From Trichosphaerium sp. ATCC 40318 (Eukaryota > Protista > Tubulinea), in NCBI GenBank assembly GCA_038496445.1, contig JALMLS010000015.1, forward strand, positions 124,001 to 188,000: 64,000 bases of DNA. Direction: 5' to 3'. Positions 38,747 through 51,715 of this stretch are shown here, in pieces. The notes under the pieces are model-generated. The model searched no databases, had not been told where the DNA came from, and worked only from the letters and a program-made list of their open reading frames with translations. Position 1 is the stretch's first letter. Each line of letters starts with the position of its first letter. Both the position numbers and the translations under genes were made by a program.

Positions 38747-40852
38747 ATGGGTAATGCACAGGGCACTGGAGCTAAGGGGACAACTGGATTTGTTGTACAG
38801 GTTGACAAAGGAGTACTACCTCCACCTTCAAGTTAAACATGGTTTAATTTTAATGTTACTAACCTCTGTCTAGGTATTACATATGAGGGGATGTTCTACA
38901 ATCATTACTTCGACATTGGCCCATCAGAGAAGGAGAAACACTTTAATCCACGCTTTTTCAAAAGCCAGTCACGGAATCCGATATCTGGTACCTAGTTAAT
39001 GACGTTTGGCGCGCTATTTCGCTTTTCAAATAAAAACATGATAAAGATCGTCAAGTGGCATACTAAGGACATATCTAGGTGAAATAGAGCGCCACATATG
39101 CGTAGGACTTAGTGGTAAACTAGATGGACAAGGATTGTACGAATTGAACGAACGTTGGCCTATAAATGTCGTTATCGCTTTGGATGTTTCAAATTCAATG
39201 AACAGCCTCATGTGTGCTAACGGAACGAAGACAGCTGTAAGTTTAAACATAATTATTCTGAAAAAAAAGAGAAAAAGTTTAGAGGTTGTTGGTTCTGATG
39301 TACTTAGATTGCTGTAGCCAAAGACAGTCTTGTTGGATTATTACCCAATTTGAAAGACAACGATAAGCTTGGTATCATCCTATTTGATAGATCAACAGAA
39401 GTATTACTACCTTTGACAACATGGTCAGATGTTAACACCGAAATGTTGAAGTTTAAGATATCAAAAATTACAACAAGATATGGAACTAACTTACAAAGAG
39501 GTGCTCTATTTCTTGTAATTATTCACTTACTTGGCATGTGTGCCTCCTGTAAATGTCTATTGTAGGATTTGCTGCAAGTAAAAAGATGCTTGAGGATGCA
39601 CTTACAACCGAGAAAAGGGAACAACGTATTATTTTCTTCACAGATATGAAAATCACAAGGGTATTTTTTTATTGGTTACACTACTTTTCTTTGTGGTTTA
39701 CGATGAACTTAGGGCCGTTTCGCTTATAGATTACAGTCTCATTTTATATCTGCTGCTAAGAAGGATGTATATACTACGTTTGTTGGTATAGGAGATGATT
39801 TTGATACAGGTGCTGTTGAGATTATATCAAAAACACGTGGAAGTAATTATTTCACTGTTCGTACACCTAAGGAATTCAATGCTTTGTTACAAACGGAGTT
39901 TGACTATATTACAACATGTAATTGCCATGATATCGAGATAGGTTTTGAAAGTAAAAAGGTGTGGGCACGTCGAATATATGGATCTCCTGGTACACTAAAA
40001 GAAAATTATCCGACTAACTTGTACGATTGTGTTGACATTATCAAGGCTTTGAGAAACCTCAATCAGGGATTTTATGTAAAATGGCTAGTTCTTGTCCCTC
40101 TAGAAGTGACGATTTAGGGAGAATGAGGGGTTCTGTTGTACTTGTTGAGATAAGAAACCACGGACAAGACTTAGATGAGACACTTTGTTTTAAGTACGTG
40201 ATCTCTACTAGCAGTCATTTGTACGTAATCACTTTACCTCTAGCACATCGTATACCACAAGAACCGGTGACCATGTACAGATAGATTCGAATATATCATT
40301 TACATCTACCAATAGCGTACGCTCTGATTTTTACGCACATTCCTCTATTTTTTTTTGCCTTGCTCAGCAACTCGCTTGCATAATGATTGAGGACATCACT
40401 TTTACTTCATTATTTTTTTAATGGTTTATCTAGGAAGAGGAATATTTTGAGAATAATTGTATACGAAAGACAGTGCTCTTAGCACGATATGTTAATCTTA
40501 TCAAGAGTTTCTTGCAAAGACCAAGGTTTCCAAGTACAAAACCTTTTTTTCATTGTTTCTCAACAAAAAATTCACCACTCACTATCAGAGTGGGATGGAC
40601 CTCTCACATGATATCATTAACCTCATCTTTTAATGCAACACTCATAGGAGATTGGCTTACTACGTTTGACACCTTTAAAAAGTACATGGAAAAAGAGGTA
40701 AAGTTCTTCAGATCAACAACTATATTTTTCTTTGTAACTTAGCTATATAGATGGAAATACTATCAAGTGATGATGAAGAAGCACTGACAAAAGAACTCGA
40801 ACTGTTCGAGACAATACACCAGATTATCAAAGAAAAGCAAAGAAAAAGATAA
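38747..40852 (+). CDS. von Willebrand factor A domain protein
   Basis: ITYEGMFYNHYFD, VVIALDVSNSM (MIDAS DxSxS), GTNLQRG, RIIFFTD, TTFVGIGDDFD; N-terminal MGNAQG may be myristoylated. Confidence 0.8.
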
Positions 40853-42178
40853 AAGTTGATTTTGTTTAACTGTTGTACAATGAGCAAAGAACCAACATGC
40901 CCAATTGGTTCTTGGCACCTCACAATCTGAAAAATAGTTTACATACTTCTCTAGTCACTAGCCAGCGATTACCTGTATTTTAGTCCCACCACACTGATTT
41001 GAATGCTATAATAACTTGGTATTGCAACGAGATATAAATGGTTGCTACCCTGTCGAACGTAGAATTGCATCATAACGAACTTTGTTTCAAAACAAAGTCT
41101 TTAGGATTAAATAAAAAAGCACTATTTAAAAAGAAACTCTCGCTTGTAAGAGGCAGTTTGTTCATATTACGTTTTAAACTGATTGTGACACTATGTAGAA
41201 TGACGGAACTAGCACACCTTTTTCAAACTTCAGTTTAAAGGCACTTGTTAAATGAAGAAGAAAAGGCTGAATTCGTTTTTGTCCCACCACTACTGAATTC
41301 GTATTGTTACAAATTCTTGATTCACATAAGTACGAAAAGACTTGTGTTTGATTTCATAACAGAGCCACGTGACAGTTGTTTTAGATTTGAAAGTTTTTTT
41401 GCTTGCCGGAACAACATTTGCCCCAAATGCTTTTATCTTATCGTTCCACTCTGTTCCCGGTATTTTGACTTTCATACAACCACAACATGCTATCTAACTA
41501 ACAAGATTCAATTTTTGGAATCTGTATCATTCACCAAAATTATAAAAATAAAAAACGAATTCGCGAAAACTTTAAAACTACGCGCTCTAGTTACAGAAAA
41601 TATCACGTGGTTTTCAATATTTGTCACGTTTTAGTATACTAACCATGCTAAGGCTCTTGTAGCCATGGTTTAATTCGTTATCTATACACTATACTATTCC
41701 ATTTCCCAGCGTTTGACCAAACTCACATTCTCGAAAAACTTTTTAGTTCTGCGTTCCACGTTCCACATGGGTTTCACGCGTTCAAACCCGACTTGACATA
41801 TAAAGCCTTTATAGGAGCATTCCATAGCGTAGTGTAAGGGTCCGTCTCACTCCGGTACCGCGTGTACCGTATACACTTTTGGACTAGTAGTATATAGACA
41901 CGACACTAGTGTTAGCATCAAAATACAGAACTTCAAGTTGATCGGAGCGTCAATTACTAAAACGACCTAATCTTTTTAGTGTTCCCAACTTGGTTTTCGC
42001 ACCTTTCGTTTACACTCATATCAACCTTACTATTAAAGAGCTATTAATTAATGAACATTTATTTGTTAGGCGAACCAACAATTAGGGTTTACTTTGCTGT
42101 GATTCAGCCAGATTTGGGTGTCACATTTAATACACTTCACAACTAGTCCATTTTTCCAACAACCAAACATCATACACC

Positions 42179-43122
42179 ATGAGTCCTCTTACTCTTCTCG
42201 CTTTTCTTTCTCTCCTATCCGTATCCCTTTCAAGTCTAACTGTACACGTGCGTAATTTTTTCAACAATGTCGAAGCGATAGCTCGTACCTACAACATTCT
42301 GGGGCCCATTAGAGTCGCTTGCTGGCTCTAATGCACCTTTCAGATACTGAGCCTTGACAATAACTCAATAAGACTAACAATACGCATTCAGGTTAAGATA
42401 ATCAGTGGTAGCAACATAAAACGGAACGACCCTTTTAATGGCCAAAGTGATCCCAAAGTTGTTATGTACACCGAATTCAAAACATTATGTGGTACGGTCT
42501 CACGCTACCAAGCGAGTCTATACTCTTAGTTTTAAATGTCAAAATGTAGAAACAAAAAAAGTGGATAACACTCAAACACCTGTTTGGAATCATGACTGCA
42601 CACCAAAAACAATAAAATCAGGTTAGTCTCAGTTACCATAATCCTTCAATACTTAATTTTCTTTCATAGGAGACAAACTTTTCTTCGCTCTAGAAGATGT
42701 AGACGCAGTTGTTAATGATGAGCTGGGCATATCATCTATCACCCTACCAAAAGGTACAGTCTAGTAGTACCATGTTACATATCGAAACATTCCTCACTGT
42801 TTCTTTAGATACTGATGTTGATCCGTCTAAGTGGGGCTCTAAGAGTATATTCCTACCAAAGACTGTTGGGTTTTCAAGTGCCGGATCGATTAAAATAGAG
42901 ATTAAAGTTCTTTCTGATTTGCCACCAACGTCTGTACCACCAACAGTGGGACCTAGTACTATTGCACCAATGGGTTTACAAACCACAACTCCACCACCAT
43001 CACCAGGAATAACTACATCCCCACCAACACGTGGAACTGATAATGGTGTACAATCTTCAGCAAACAACTTTTCATTCATCTTAGTGTTGATGATTGCTTG
43101 TATTGCATCAGTTCTTTGTTAG
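42179..43122 (+). CDS. Predicted secreted, GPI-anchored C2-domain protein
   Basis: Signal peptide MSPLTLLAFLSLLSVSLS; C2 motifs VKIISGSNIKRNDPFNGQSDPKV, TKKVDNTQTPVWN, LEDVDAVVNDELG; Thr/Pro stalk; hydrophobic C-terminus with no cytosolic tail. Confidence 0.75.
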
Positions 43123-44136
43123 TGAATAAAACTTCCCCACTTCAACAAATATTGTTCCTATCATTCAAACCAAGTGCATTAACTTCTACCAATATGCTAC
43201 AACTAGAAATATCACCTCGCCCTCCGCTTTCAAACTTTGAATAATCACTGACTTTATTTGCTAGTACTACAATTCGTGAGAATGATTCGGTATTCTTTGC
43301 ACGTCTGTAACTGTTTACCACACTTTGGGCAAGGTGTGGAGGTTTCCTTAGAAAGTAGATGTATAAACGATGACGAGAAGCAAAATTACTTGAAGCACTT
43401 TTCTTCATCAGCGGCCATCTAGAGCAAGCAAAAACTCTACATCTTAAAAGTACAAAATCATTTGCTGGTTTATACCTGGTAATCCTTTTATCAAAATTAC
43501 ACATCTATCGATATACCTTGTACTAGATATTCGGGCCTAGTTCCAACAGGTGAATACATCTTCTTGTTGTACATTTGAAATTGAGATTGTAAATATCATA
43601 ATATTATCCTTACCAAACAGAGTCGGTACCTCGCAACATACATAACAGGGTACCAAAGTAAATAGTTTTTGTTGAGGCTTCTTTCATTGATCCTAGCATA
43701 GACTCAAATACTGGCTTGCATAATGAGTATGAGGCTATGAGCGTATATCTTCAATTACAAGTGCTACCATACCGTCTGGATGATCAAAATAGCTGGGAAG
43801 GCTGTTATTATCACAAAACGATTCATTGCTTCCTTTGTATTTATTTAAGGGCTAAATTAGTTATTCTATGAAAAGTCTCTCAGAGATGAATACAAAACAA
43901 CACCTCAAAAAAAGTTTGGAAGTAATAATTTGCGACTATCGAGTGACACTATAATAGTAAACTACTCACTGTTTTTTTACAATGAGGTTCCGTAAATAGC
44001 AACTGCTCATACTAACGTTATGCTATCGACCAAAACCGCTTGCTGTTTTGATATCAGTTATACTTGGAGCAACAAAAACCAGTTTCATACTATATTTAGT
44101 GTTGATAGGTTTTTTGACATAAACCTTTAATTGACC

Positions 44137-44342
44137 CGGCTAAACCAAGTCCCGTAGCACGTGCGAAATTATTTCGCTGTTATGAATTAAGATCATTTTA
44201 ACGTATTGTTCTGATATCGGTCGCCTGCACGCGAAAGGAATAAAAAGAGCAGTTCTCGGTGAATGATATTTTCCGTTGGGCGGCTTTCATTGAAATCGGC
44301 TAAATCAAGTCCCGTAGGACGTGTGAAATTGTGTCACTGCTA
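44137..44342 (+). repeat. Two ~46-bp imperfect direct repeats, period 160 bp
   Basis: cggctaaaccaagtcccgtagcacgtgcgaaatt (44137) and cggctaaatcaagtcccgtaggacgtgtgaaatt (44297). Confidence 0.75.
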
Positions 44343-44632
44343 CAAATAGATTGTTTGCGTGTAAACTATAACCCTTTACATAAAACACTACTGACTCCAT
44401 CAGTGCCACATCTAAAAGAAAATGAACAACAGTTTTTCAAGAAAGTTGACAAAGGTGTCATTTTTTGTCGTCACACGTGTCCAAACCTACTTCTATGGTA
44501 AAAAGGCATCGTACATCAAACTCGGTTTTAGATTCAGTGCATAGCTATCCGCTGGTTTTTCCGCCGTTTTGTGCACTGATCGATCAAGTCAAAAACAACT
44601 TAACGTTTTTGAACCATACTTCCAAAATCACA

Positions 44633-45668
44633 ATGTCCAAACCAACGCTTTATTTTGCAAAAATATCTAACCACGCACTTCTCCCTTGTTGGGTACGTTA
44701 TTTCTAATGCTCTACAATCTTAGTTTTTGTCAAATCTCGTAACAATATTTTGTTTTAGGTCCTCAATGCTGCAGGAGTAGACTTTGATATTTCGCTCGTA
44801 AATCTTGCCAAAGGAGAACACAAAGTACAAAACACGTGGCTAAAAAAAAAACTTGACTTTAGCTTTTTCTCAAACTCCTTCCTAACTCTTTCTCTTCTAG
44901 AAACCTGAGTTCTTGGCTGTAAACCCTTCTGGTCAAGTTCCTGCTTTTAAAGATGGAGACGTCATAGTGTACGAAAGTTCTTGTACGTCTTTTGTTCCAA
45001 ACAAATGATAACAAGTTGATGTTCTTTTTAGGTATTTGTCGCTACGTTGGTCTTAAGTACAAGAGTAGTGTATACCCCATTCATGACATCAAAGTACGTT
45101 CACAAATGAAACCACTAGATCAATTAAAAAGTCATATTCTAATAATTTGTGTTAGTCTTTCGTTGGTGTTGATATAGCGTATGAACATGTTAGACAAAAA
45201 GTGTGGGACCATCACTCTGGTATTCTCTTCAACGTCTTTATCAAGCCACTTCTCGGCATGAGCCCTGATAATGATCGTGTAAAGGTATCAAGTTTATTCT
45301 TTATGGAAACGCAAAGGCACTAACTGCTTATTTAAGGAAGCGGCTGAAAAATATGGAAAGTCTCTTGAACACATTGAAAAGACCTTCTTCAAGACTTCCC
45401 CAAACTTTATTGTTGGTGATAGCTTTACTGCTGCCGATGCTGCGCTTGGTACCACGCTTTATTTAGTAAGTAGGGTAGGTGGAAAGTCAGCTGAAGTCAT
45501 TCCAGAGAAGGTACAGGAATTTACAATATTGTTGCGGTGCTTGTTTTAACTTTGTTGTTGTAGTTCAAGGCATATTTGTCTAATCTCAAAACTTTGGAGC
45601 ATACGAAAAAGACCTTTGCGCATTTTGAAGAAGCTTACGCTGCTATTTTAGCAACAAAGAAAGAGTAG
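44633..45668 (+). CDS. Glutathione S-transferase (theta/phi-like)
   Basis: [51 protein letters not shown]. Confidence 0.9.
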
Positions 45669-45842
45669 AAACAAAAATCCTCCTGAAACTCAATAAATCA
45701 ACATCAAATTGCACTTACTTTATTTGCTTCTTTTTTTTTTGCAGTTGTATTGACTGCCTACCTTTTTTAATTGTAGTCACCGTGTTGTCGTCTACAATCA
45801 CTATATACTATAGGAGAGGGAAATGAATTAATTTTATTTACA

Positions 45843-47532
45843 CTACAATTCATCATATTCATTATGTGGGTCAAAAAAGTTAGCGTCCAAAAGAGCTTCA
45901 GTACAGTCTATAATAGTATGCTAAGCAAGAAAATAAATCAAAAAAAGTACATACCTTTAGGCACAACAGTCCATAATTTCGCCATTCTACCTTTCTGACG
46001 TCTCAACAATGCATCATAAATCTTCTCCTTATCTATTTTGAAAAAAAAGTAAGAAAATAAACAGAAAACAAAAAAACCAAAAAATCCAGATGAATGGTAA
46101 CTTACCATCATTTAATAATATTTCTGTATCCTCGTTTAATGTTAATACTGACCATACGTGACATTCACAATCTTCTAAAAGCTCACTAGTATCTGTTTTG
46201 ATCAAGTTAGCAAAAACGCTAATACACTTGACAACGTACTCCAAACGTAAGTCCCATAGTATGCTTGATATGATGAATCCTCATTAGACGCCACAGCTCT
46301 ATTTTTCCATCAAAAGCTATTCCTCAACTGGTGAAGAAGGCGAATAAAAGAGTTTTCTTTACTCGTTTTTTTTTTCATTCTTGAGAAAAAGTAGGCTATT
46401 TAAAGACGTACGCATAATCTTTACTGGATAGAGTGGTACAAAACACATTTTTTAATAGCGCTGGAGATTTTGGATCAACCTTGGGATCATTATGAACGAG
46501 ATTTAAGGCGCCTAGTAAACAGTTAAAAAAATCCAATATCATCTTATAAAAGTCATTACCAAACATGCTACCACCTGTACGTAATCCTACTTTTAAACCT
46601 ATAGTGTATTCTTAGTATACAATTTTAATAAAGTGGAGGTACCTGTTTTATCTGGAATGAGTGTTGAAAGTGATACAGTTGATTCTTCTGCATCATTCAA
46701 TAAAATTCCTTCAACATTATCTTCATTGACCTCTCTGAGAAGTATGACCTTACGCTTGACTAAATGTAAGTATTGACAAGTATTAATTATTCTATCATAC
46801 TCCATCTTCTGATAACAATGGATTACCGAGCAATATTTGTCCAACACTAAGCGCTGAGAGGAAAAAACAATTAACAACTTGATTCACTCAAAAAAAACCT
46901 TCATACTTGCAGTGGTTGGAGGTTCAATGTCCTTTTCGGACATATACTTTCTAGCTGTGCCCCAACACTCATCAGCCTGTAATATTTCAGCAATGAGCTC
47001 AAAGCACACAGCCAATTCCTGCACGTACATAGTTGAGGTAAATAGATTTATGTTTCTTTAGATAACGCATAAAAGTAAATCCCATGTCCAAGGTCTTGTC
47101 AAAAGCTTTGCCCTTCTAACAAGTCAAAGTTAGAAGTACGGTTATTAGGCTATAAACCAAGTTGTGTTCGGATTTGGAGGAAGGTTGTGGAGACGCGGAA
47201 TTCGCTTATTACCTCGATGGGTCTTCTAAATTTTGCTCTGGTGGCTCGTAAGGCACTACCTTCATCTAGTATTGATTCTCCTTTGTTTAGAATGCTTGTA
47301 TCTTCCATTAACGCTGGTAATAGACAAACCTGTTATTTGGCGACGTTTAGCTTATGAATGGGTTTAAAGTAGCATATAGACGCGTGTGGGCACCTTTAAA
47401 AAAGGATTGTTGTCGTATTCTACAATAAATTGTTAAGCTATCGCTTTTTACGCTCCAAACGCATTACAAGCGCATACCCTTGGCAATTTTGACACATTCT
47501 TTGTACAATGATCGTACAACAACAGAACTCAT
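45843..47532 (-). CDS. Hypothetical protein: LYR-like N-terminus plus divergent DUF179 (AlgH/YqgE)-like C-terminus
   Basis: Starts MSSVVVRSLYKECVKIAK; later KRKVILLREVNEDNVEGILLN...LRTGGSMFGALNLVHND, similar in pattern to DUF179; multi-exon. Confidence 0.45.
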
Positions 47533-48053
47533 TCCTTTGTCAACTAAGCGCAACACCGAGTAGCTATATGAATAAACGTGTGTAATGTAAGGCCATGAAG
47601 CAATAAATGAGTTCAGTTTGACAGTATTGACCATCACGTTAGTCTGCTTTTTTTTTTTTTTGGAATTGGCGCTCACGTTTACTCTCCATTTCGCTTAGAA
47701 CAACCAAATGTACCACATGCAATCATTCGCAAGCATTTGAATCACGTTTACATGATAACAACAAAAAATGCGTACAAATTATTGTCAGTGCGTATGTCTC
47801 AACCAAGTCAGTGATGACGCGAGTGCATACACCAAGTTAAGTTTTCCGGGGAAAGTTACAGTGCGTTGACAAAAAATTGCTCGCTGTTTTGATCTTTTAT
47901 TCAGTAGTAGCACGCACATACTTTAAACACTTGATCGGATAATTTCGGACGTTAAAATTGTTCCTATTAAGGCAGCCAGTTAAGTGACGTCCATTTTGTT
48001 AAAGCAGTGCGGACAAAGTTGCGGATACAAACTAACACCAAATTCACCTAAAA

Positions 48054-51000
48054 ATGAGTGACAGGTGCCTTTACACAATTTTTGTACAACACTTACAGAA
48101 AACAGGCCAAAGAAGCGTCGTTTAGTATCAAAAGCGTGTGATTATTGTAGAAAAAGGCATAGAAAGTGAGTACAATGAAAAAAAGCCTGTTTGGTAAACC
48201 TTTTCGTAGGTGTGATGGTACAACGCCTTGCGCGCTATGTAAATCGAAGGGCATCGATTGTACTTATAGGTAACACTGCACATACAATTGAAACCTAAAA
48301 CCTCAAAGCCCTTCTAAAAAACGCGGTCCAAAGTACATTGTAATGCCTGTATACACAAATGATGGCAAGAGCTCTTTATTGCCACCGGAGAGAACAAAAG
48401 CAACCCCAAGTGCATTAGTTGCTGCGCGTCATGGTCACTCAGTGGTATGTTACTCCAAAACGATCAAATTACACCAATTCGAGACATAGTTTTTATTCTC
48501 TTTTTGTATTTGGCTGTTAATAAATCCTTCTTAGGTCCCTGTTTCAGTAGTTGAAGCGTTACATGACGAATTACAAAAACAAAAGAAAAACGTGAGGACT
48601 TGGAAGGATAAATACGTAAACCTACTACAACAAAAAACAACCGTAAGTGAATGTTTTACAACGTAAAAATATTGTAAACCGCTTCAAGAGAACTAAGAAA
48701 TCTTACCATTTTTATTTTTTCTACTTAAGTCTCTAATTGTCTTGTAGAATGTATCAGTTCCTAAACCAAGGTTTTATGTCGTGTCAGACGATGCCATGAA
48801 CAGTTATATGACCTATTTTAAACATTATATTGCTCCTCAAGTACCAAACGTAAAGTACGTCAGAAAAACTTTAAAAGCATTTTTAGTCAAAATTTCAGCC
48901 ACATGCCAAAAAAAAAGTCAACGAACTTTTAAAAAATCGACTTTACGATTTACTGACAAGACGGTTTTATCGACTAGTTGCACTTTGAGTGGTCGCTGAC
49001 AATGTATTTAGGTTCTATGAAGAAAATGCAAGTAATGTTTTCAGGTCTATGCTTCTTCCTGTTGATACATGGACGTTTCTAAATGAAGGAAAAAGTAGAG
49101 CAGAGCTTTTGCAGCAATTATCATCAAGTGTTGTTTTTGCTCATGGTGCTCTACTCTCTGGTAGAAGAGATCAAGCTTCTTCGTTTATAGAAAAATCAGA
49201 GGCTCTTAGAACGATGCTATCTACTGTACACAACATTAGTAACACGGGAGAGCCCAAAGAGGTACTTGAACGTTAACAACAAAGAAATGTTGTCAACTTT
49301 TTTATCGGAAAGTTTTTTTGGTTAACTTTTTGTTTTCTAGATTGAGCAACTTGTTGTACTCTTATTTTGTCTTGGTATGCTTTATGAATCTCAAGGACGT
49401 CCAGATAAAAAACGAAGTTGTATGTTAGAAGCATACTCAATGTTCACACGATATCAGCATCACTTTGATGCATTGACAAAAATGAGGTATGATACTGATA
49501 AAAAAAAGAATTTTAATGAATCTTCTTGTTAACACGTGATTTTATAGAATGTTCAGTGAGCTCATAGAATTATCAAAAACAGAAGAAGATAGGTTACATT
49601 GGTTTAACCTTGCAAAAGATCTTTGTACAGCACAAGTACGCTTTTTTTTTTCGTTGTCTTTTTATTGACATTTTCTTGGGGTTTTGGTTTTACTCCTTGT
49701 TTACTCTTGTACTAATTGTCTGTTACTTTAGTCTGTTCAAAATAGTATTGTAGCACAAGTTTATATGGCGCTTATGATTGTTTCAACAATGACACATCGA
49801 TTTACAATCACAGAGAAGGTCACTTGCGCTAAAGTTAAAAAAGAAAAAAAAGAAAAGAAAAAAGAACAAAAAGATGATCCTAAAACATGTATAAAGGACA
49901 TAAACGAATCACAACAAACGTACACAACCCTTTTCCAGGCCATATGAAACCAATCTACAAAAAAACTTCAAAAAAACTTAATTTTGCTTTCAAGTGCTTA
50001 CTATTCTTCCTGTAGGCTTCTATTTGATGTTATAGCACGTATAGAGTCTCTAACACGACGACAAGAAACGAATGTCTCGTCCCCTCAGGATGCCATGTGG
50101 ATTAAGTTCTTAAAGACGATCATAAACGCTCTTAAAGCAACAGTTTATCTTGCTGCTGGAGATATTGAAAACGCTCTATACTGGTCTACATTATCTGTGG
50201 AAGTATTCGAGACTATCGGTGGTAGTGCTCCGTTTGTCGTGGCTTTAGCTATGTACCTTTCTATCTACGTACGTTTATCTCATTGAGAAGTCTCATCAAG
50301 TCTTTTAATCGAACTCGCTGTTTTTTTTCTTACTAGTTTCTTTCTTTTAGGTTTTCCACTTTTGTAAGGAGTCTGAGATGCTTAAAAAGGTAACAAACCT
50401 TATGAGTAACATGGCACAGTTCCCTCATGTCCAACAGGTACGTTTATTTTACAACGAAGTAGAGAAACCTTTTGTCTTTCACTTGTTCTTTTAAATCTAC
50501 ATCTGTCAGCCACGGAACAGTATGCTCTTTGGTTGGCATGTTGTAGAGAATGAATGAGATCAATACGGGCTTTTTTGCCTTGTTTGTTCTTGAAGGTTCG
50601 TTTGAGACTGACTTTGTTCTTTTTAGTCGATGCACTTTTTCAAGAATGTGTTGAAGTTCTGCACGTTACACTTCCCTTCTCTTTCTAAAAACCAAGATAT
50701 GTCTTCACAAGCACCTCAACTCACACAACCTATGGATGTTGGTGAGATGCCTGAAGAACCTTTTATATTCTTGAGTAATGTACGTTTTTGCCGAACTTGG
50801 TTTGATAAAATTGATAAAAAACCTAAAACTGTTTTCGCTTCCCTTTGGTGGCTACACCTGCGACTATTTTTTCTTTTCGATTCGACCTTTGGTTTGTACT
50901 TGTAGTAATTGGTTTTTATAGGAGGATAGCAACGAGATTTCTTTAAATAACATGGAGCCTCCGCCAATGCTTAATGCTTACCAAAATGAACAACCTTTTG

Positions 51001-51329
51001 GTAATGAAGTATTGGGACAACAGCAACAAGCTCCTGGTTCTGTATTACCTTTTGATTCTTTTCTATCTCCTTCAGAGACTGAAGTATTTGGTAGCACACA
51101 TGGACACAGTAAGTTGAACTTTGAACTCTTTCTTTTTTTCAAGAACAAAAAAATTACAAGGTTTTGTTGCTTTTGTTTTTGTCCTTAAACCAAGTGTCTT
51201 ACGTTTTTCTTCCTTTTAGTGGATATGCCGTTCATGTCAAATATCGATATGCCACCTTTATTCGATGAGAGTGCACTTGGAGCCCAATCTAGTGAACTAG
51301 ATGAAGTTTTCAGCTCTATTCTTATGTAG
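48054..51329 (+). CDS. Zn(2)-Cys(6) binuclear cluster transcription factor
   Basis: Spliced N-terminus KRRLVSKACDYCRKRHRKCDGTTPCALCKSKGIDCTYSPSKKRGPK, a short coiled coil, a helical middle region and an acidic C-terminal tail. Confidence 0.9.
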
Positions 51330-51715
51330 ACATATTTGGTTCTTATAATCTCTTTTTTTGATTAATTCGAATATCACTCACCCACTTCCCTTGTACCATA
51401 AACTTTTGTTGTTTTTGTTCTTTACGAGAGCACTAACGTAAATAAAAAAGAAAAAAGAAAGAATTCATGTTGTTAGAGTTTTCTAGCGTCAAAGGGCTGA
51501 CGTGAAAAGTTTCAAAATAATAGAATCACTTAAGAAATGTACCACTTGGATTTCGGTGTACAAAAGTTCTACAAATAACGAGTTGCGTAGTAATTCCATG
51601 TGATTTATCACTACATTTGGCTACAGAAAAGTGCTGTTACACTAAAGCAACAACAGAGAAATGGTTGCTTATTACGAACCAAAAGCTATGTAGTTGCAAT
51701 AACTCTTGTCATAGG

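Noticed and set aside
40900-41640. Short ORFs on both strands between the vWA and C2 genes
   Set aside because: No recognisable domain or consistent exon chain.
43142-43900. 120-aa minus-strand ORF and upstream protein-like fragments
   Set aside because: Could not be joined by plausible splice sites and has no motif; may be a decayed gene but is not supportable.
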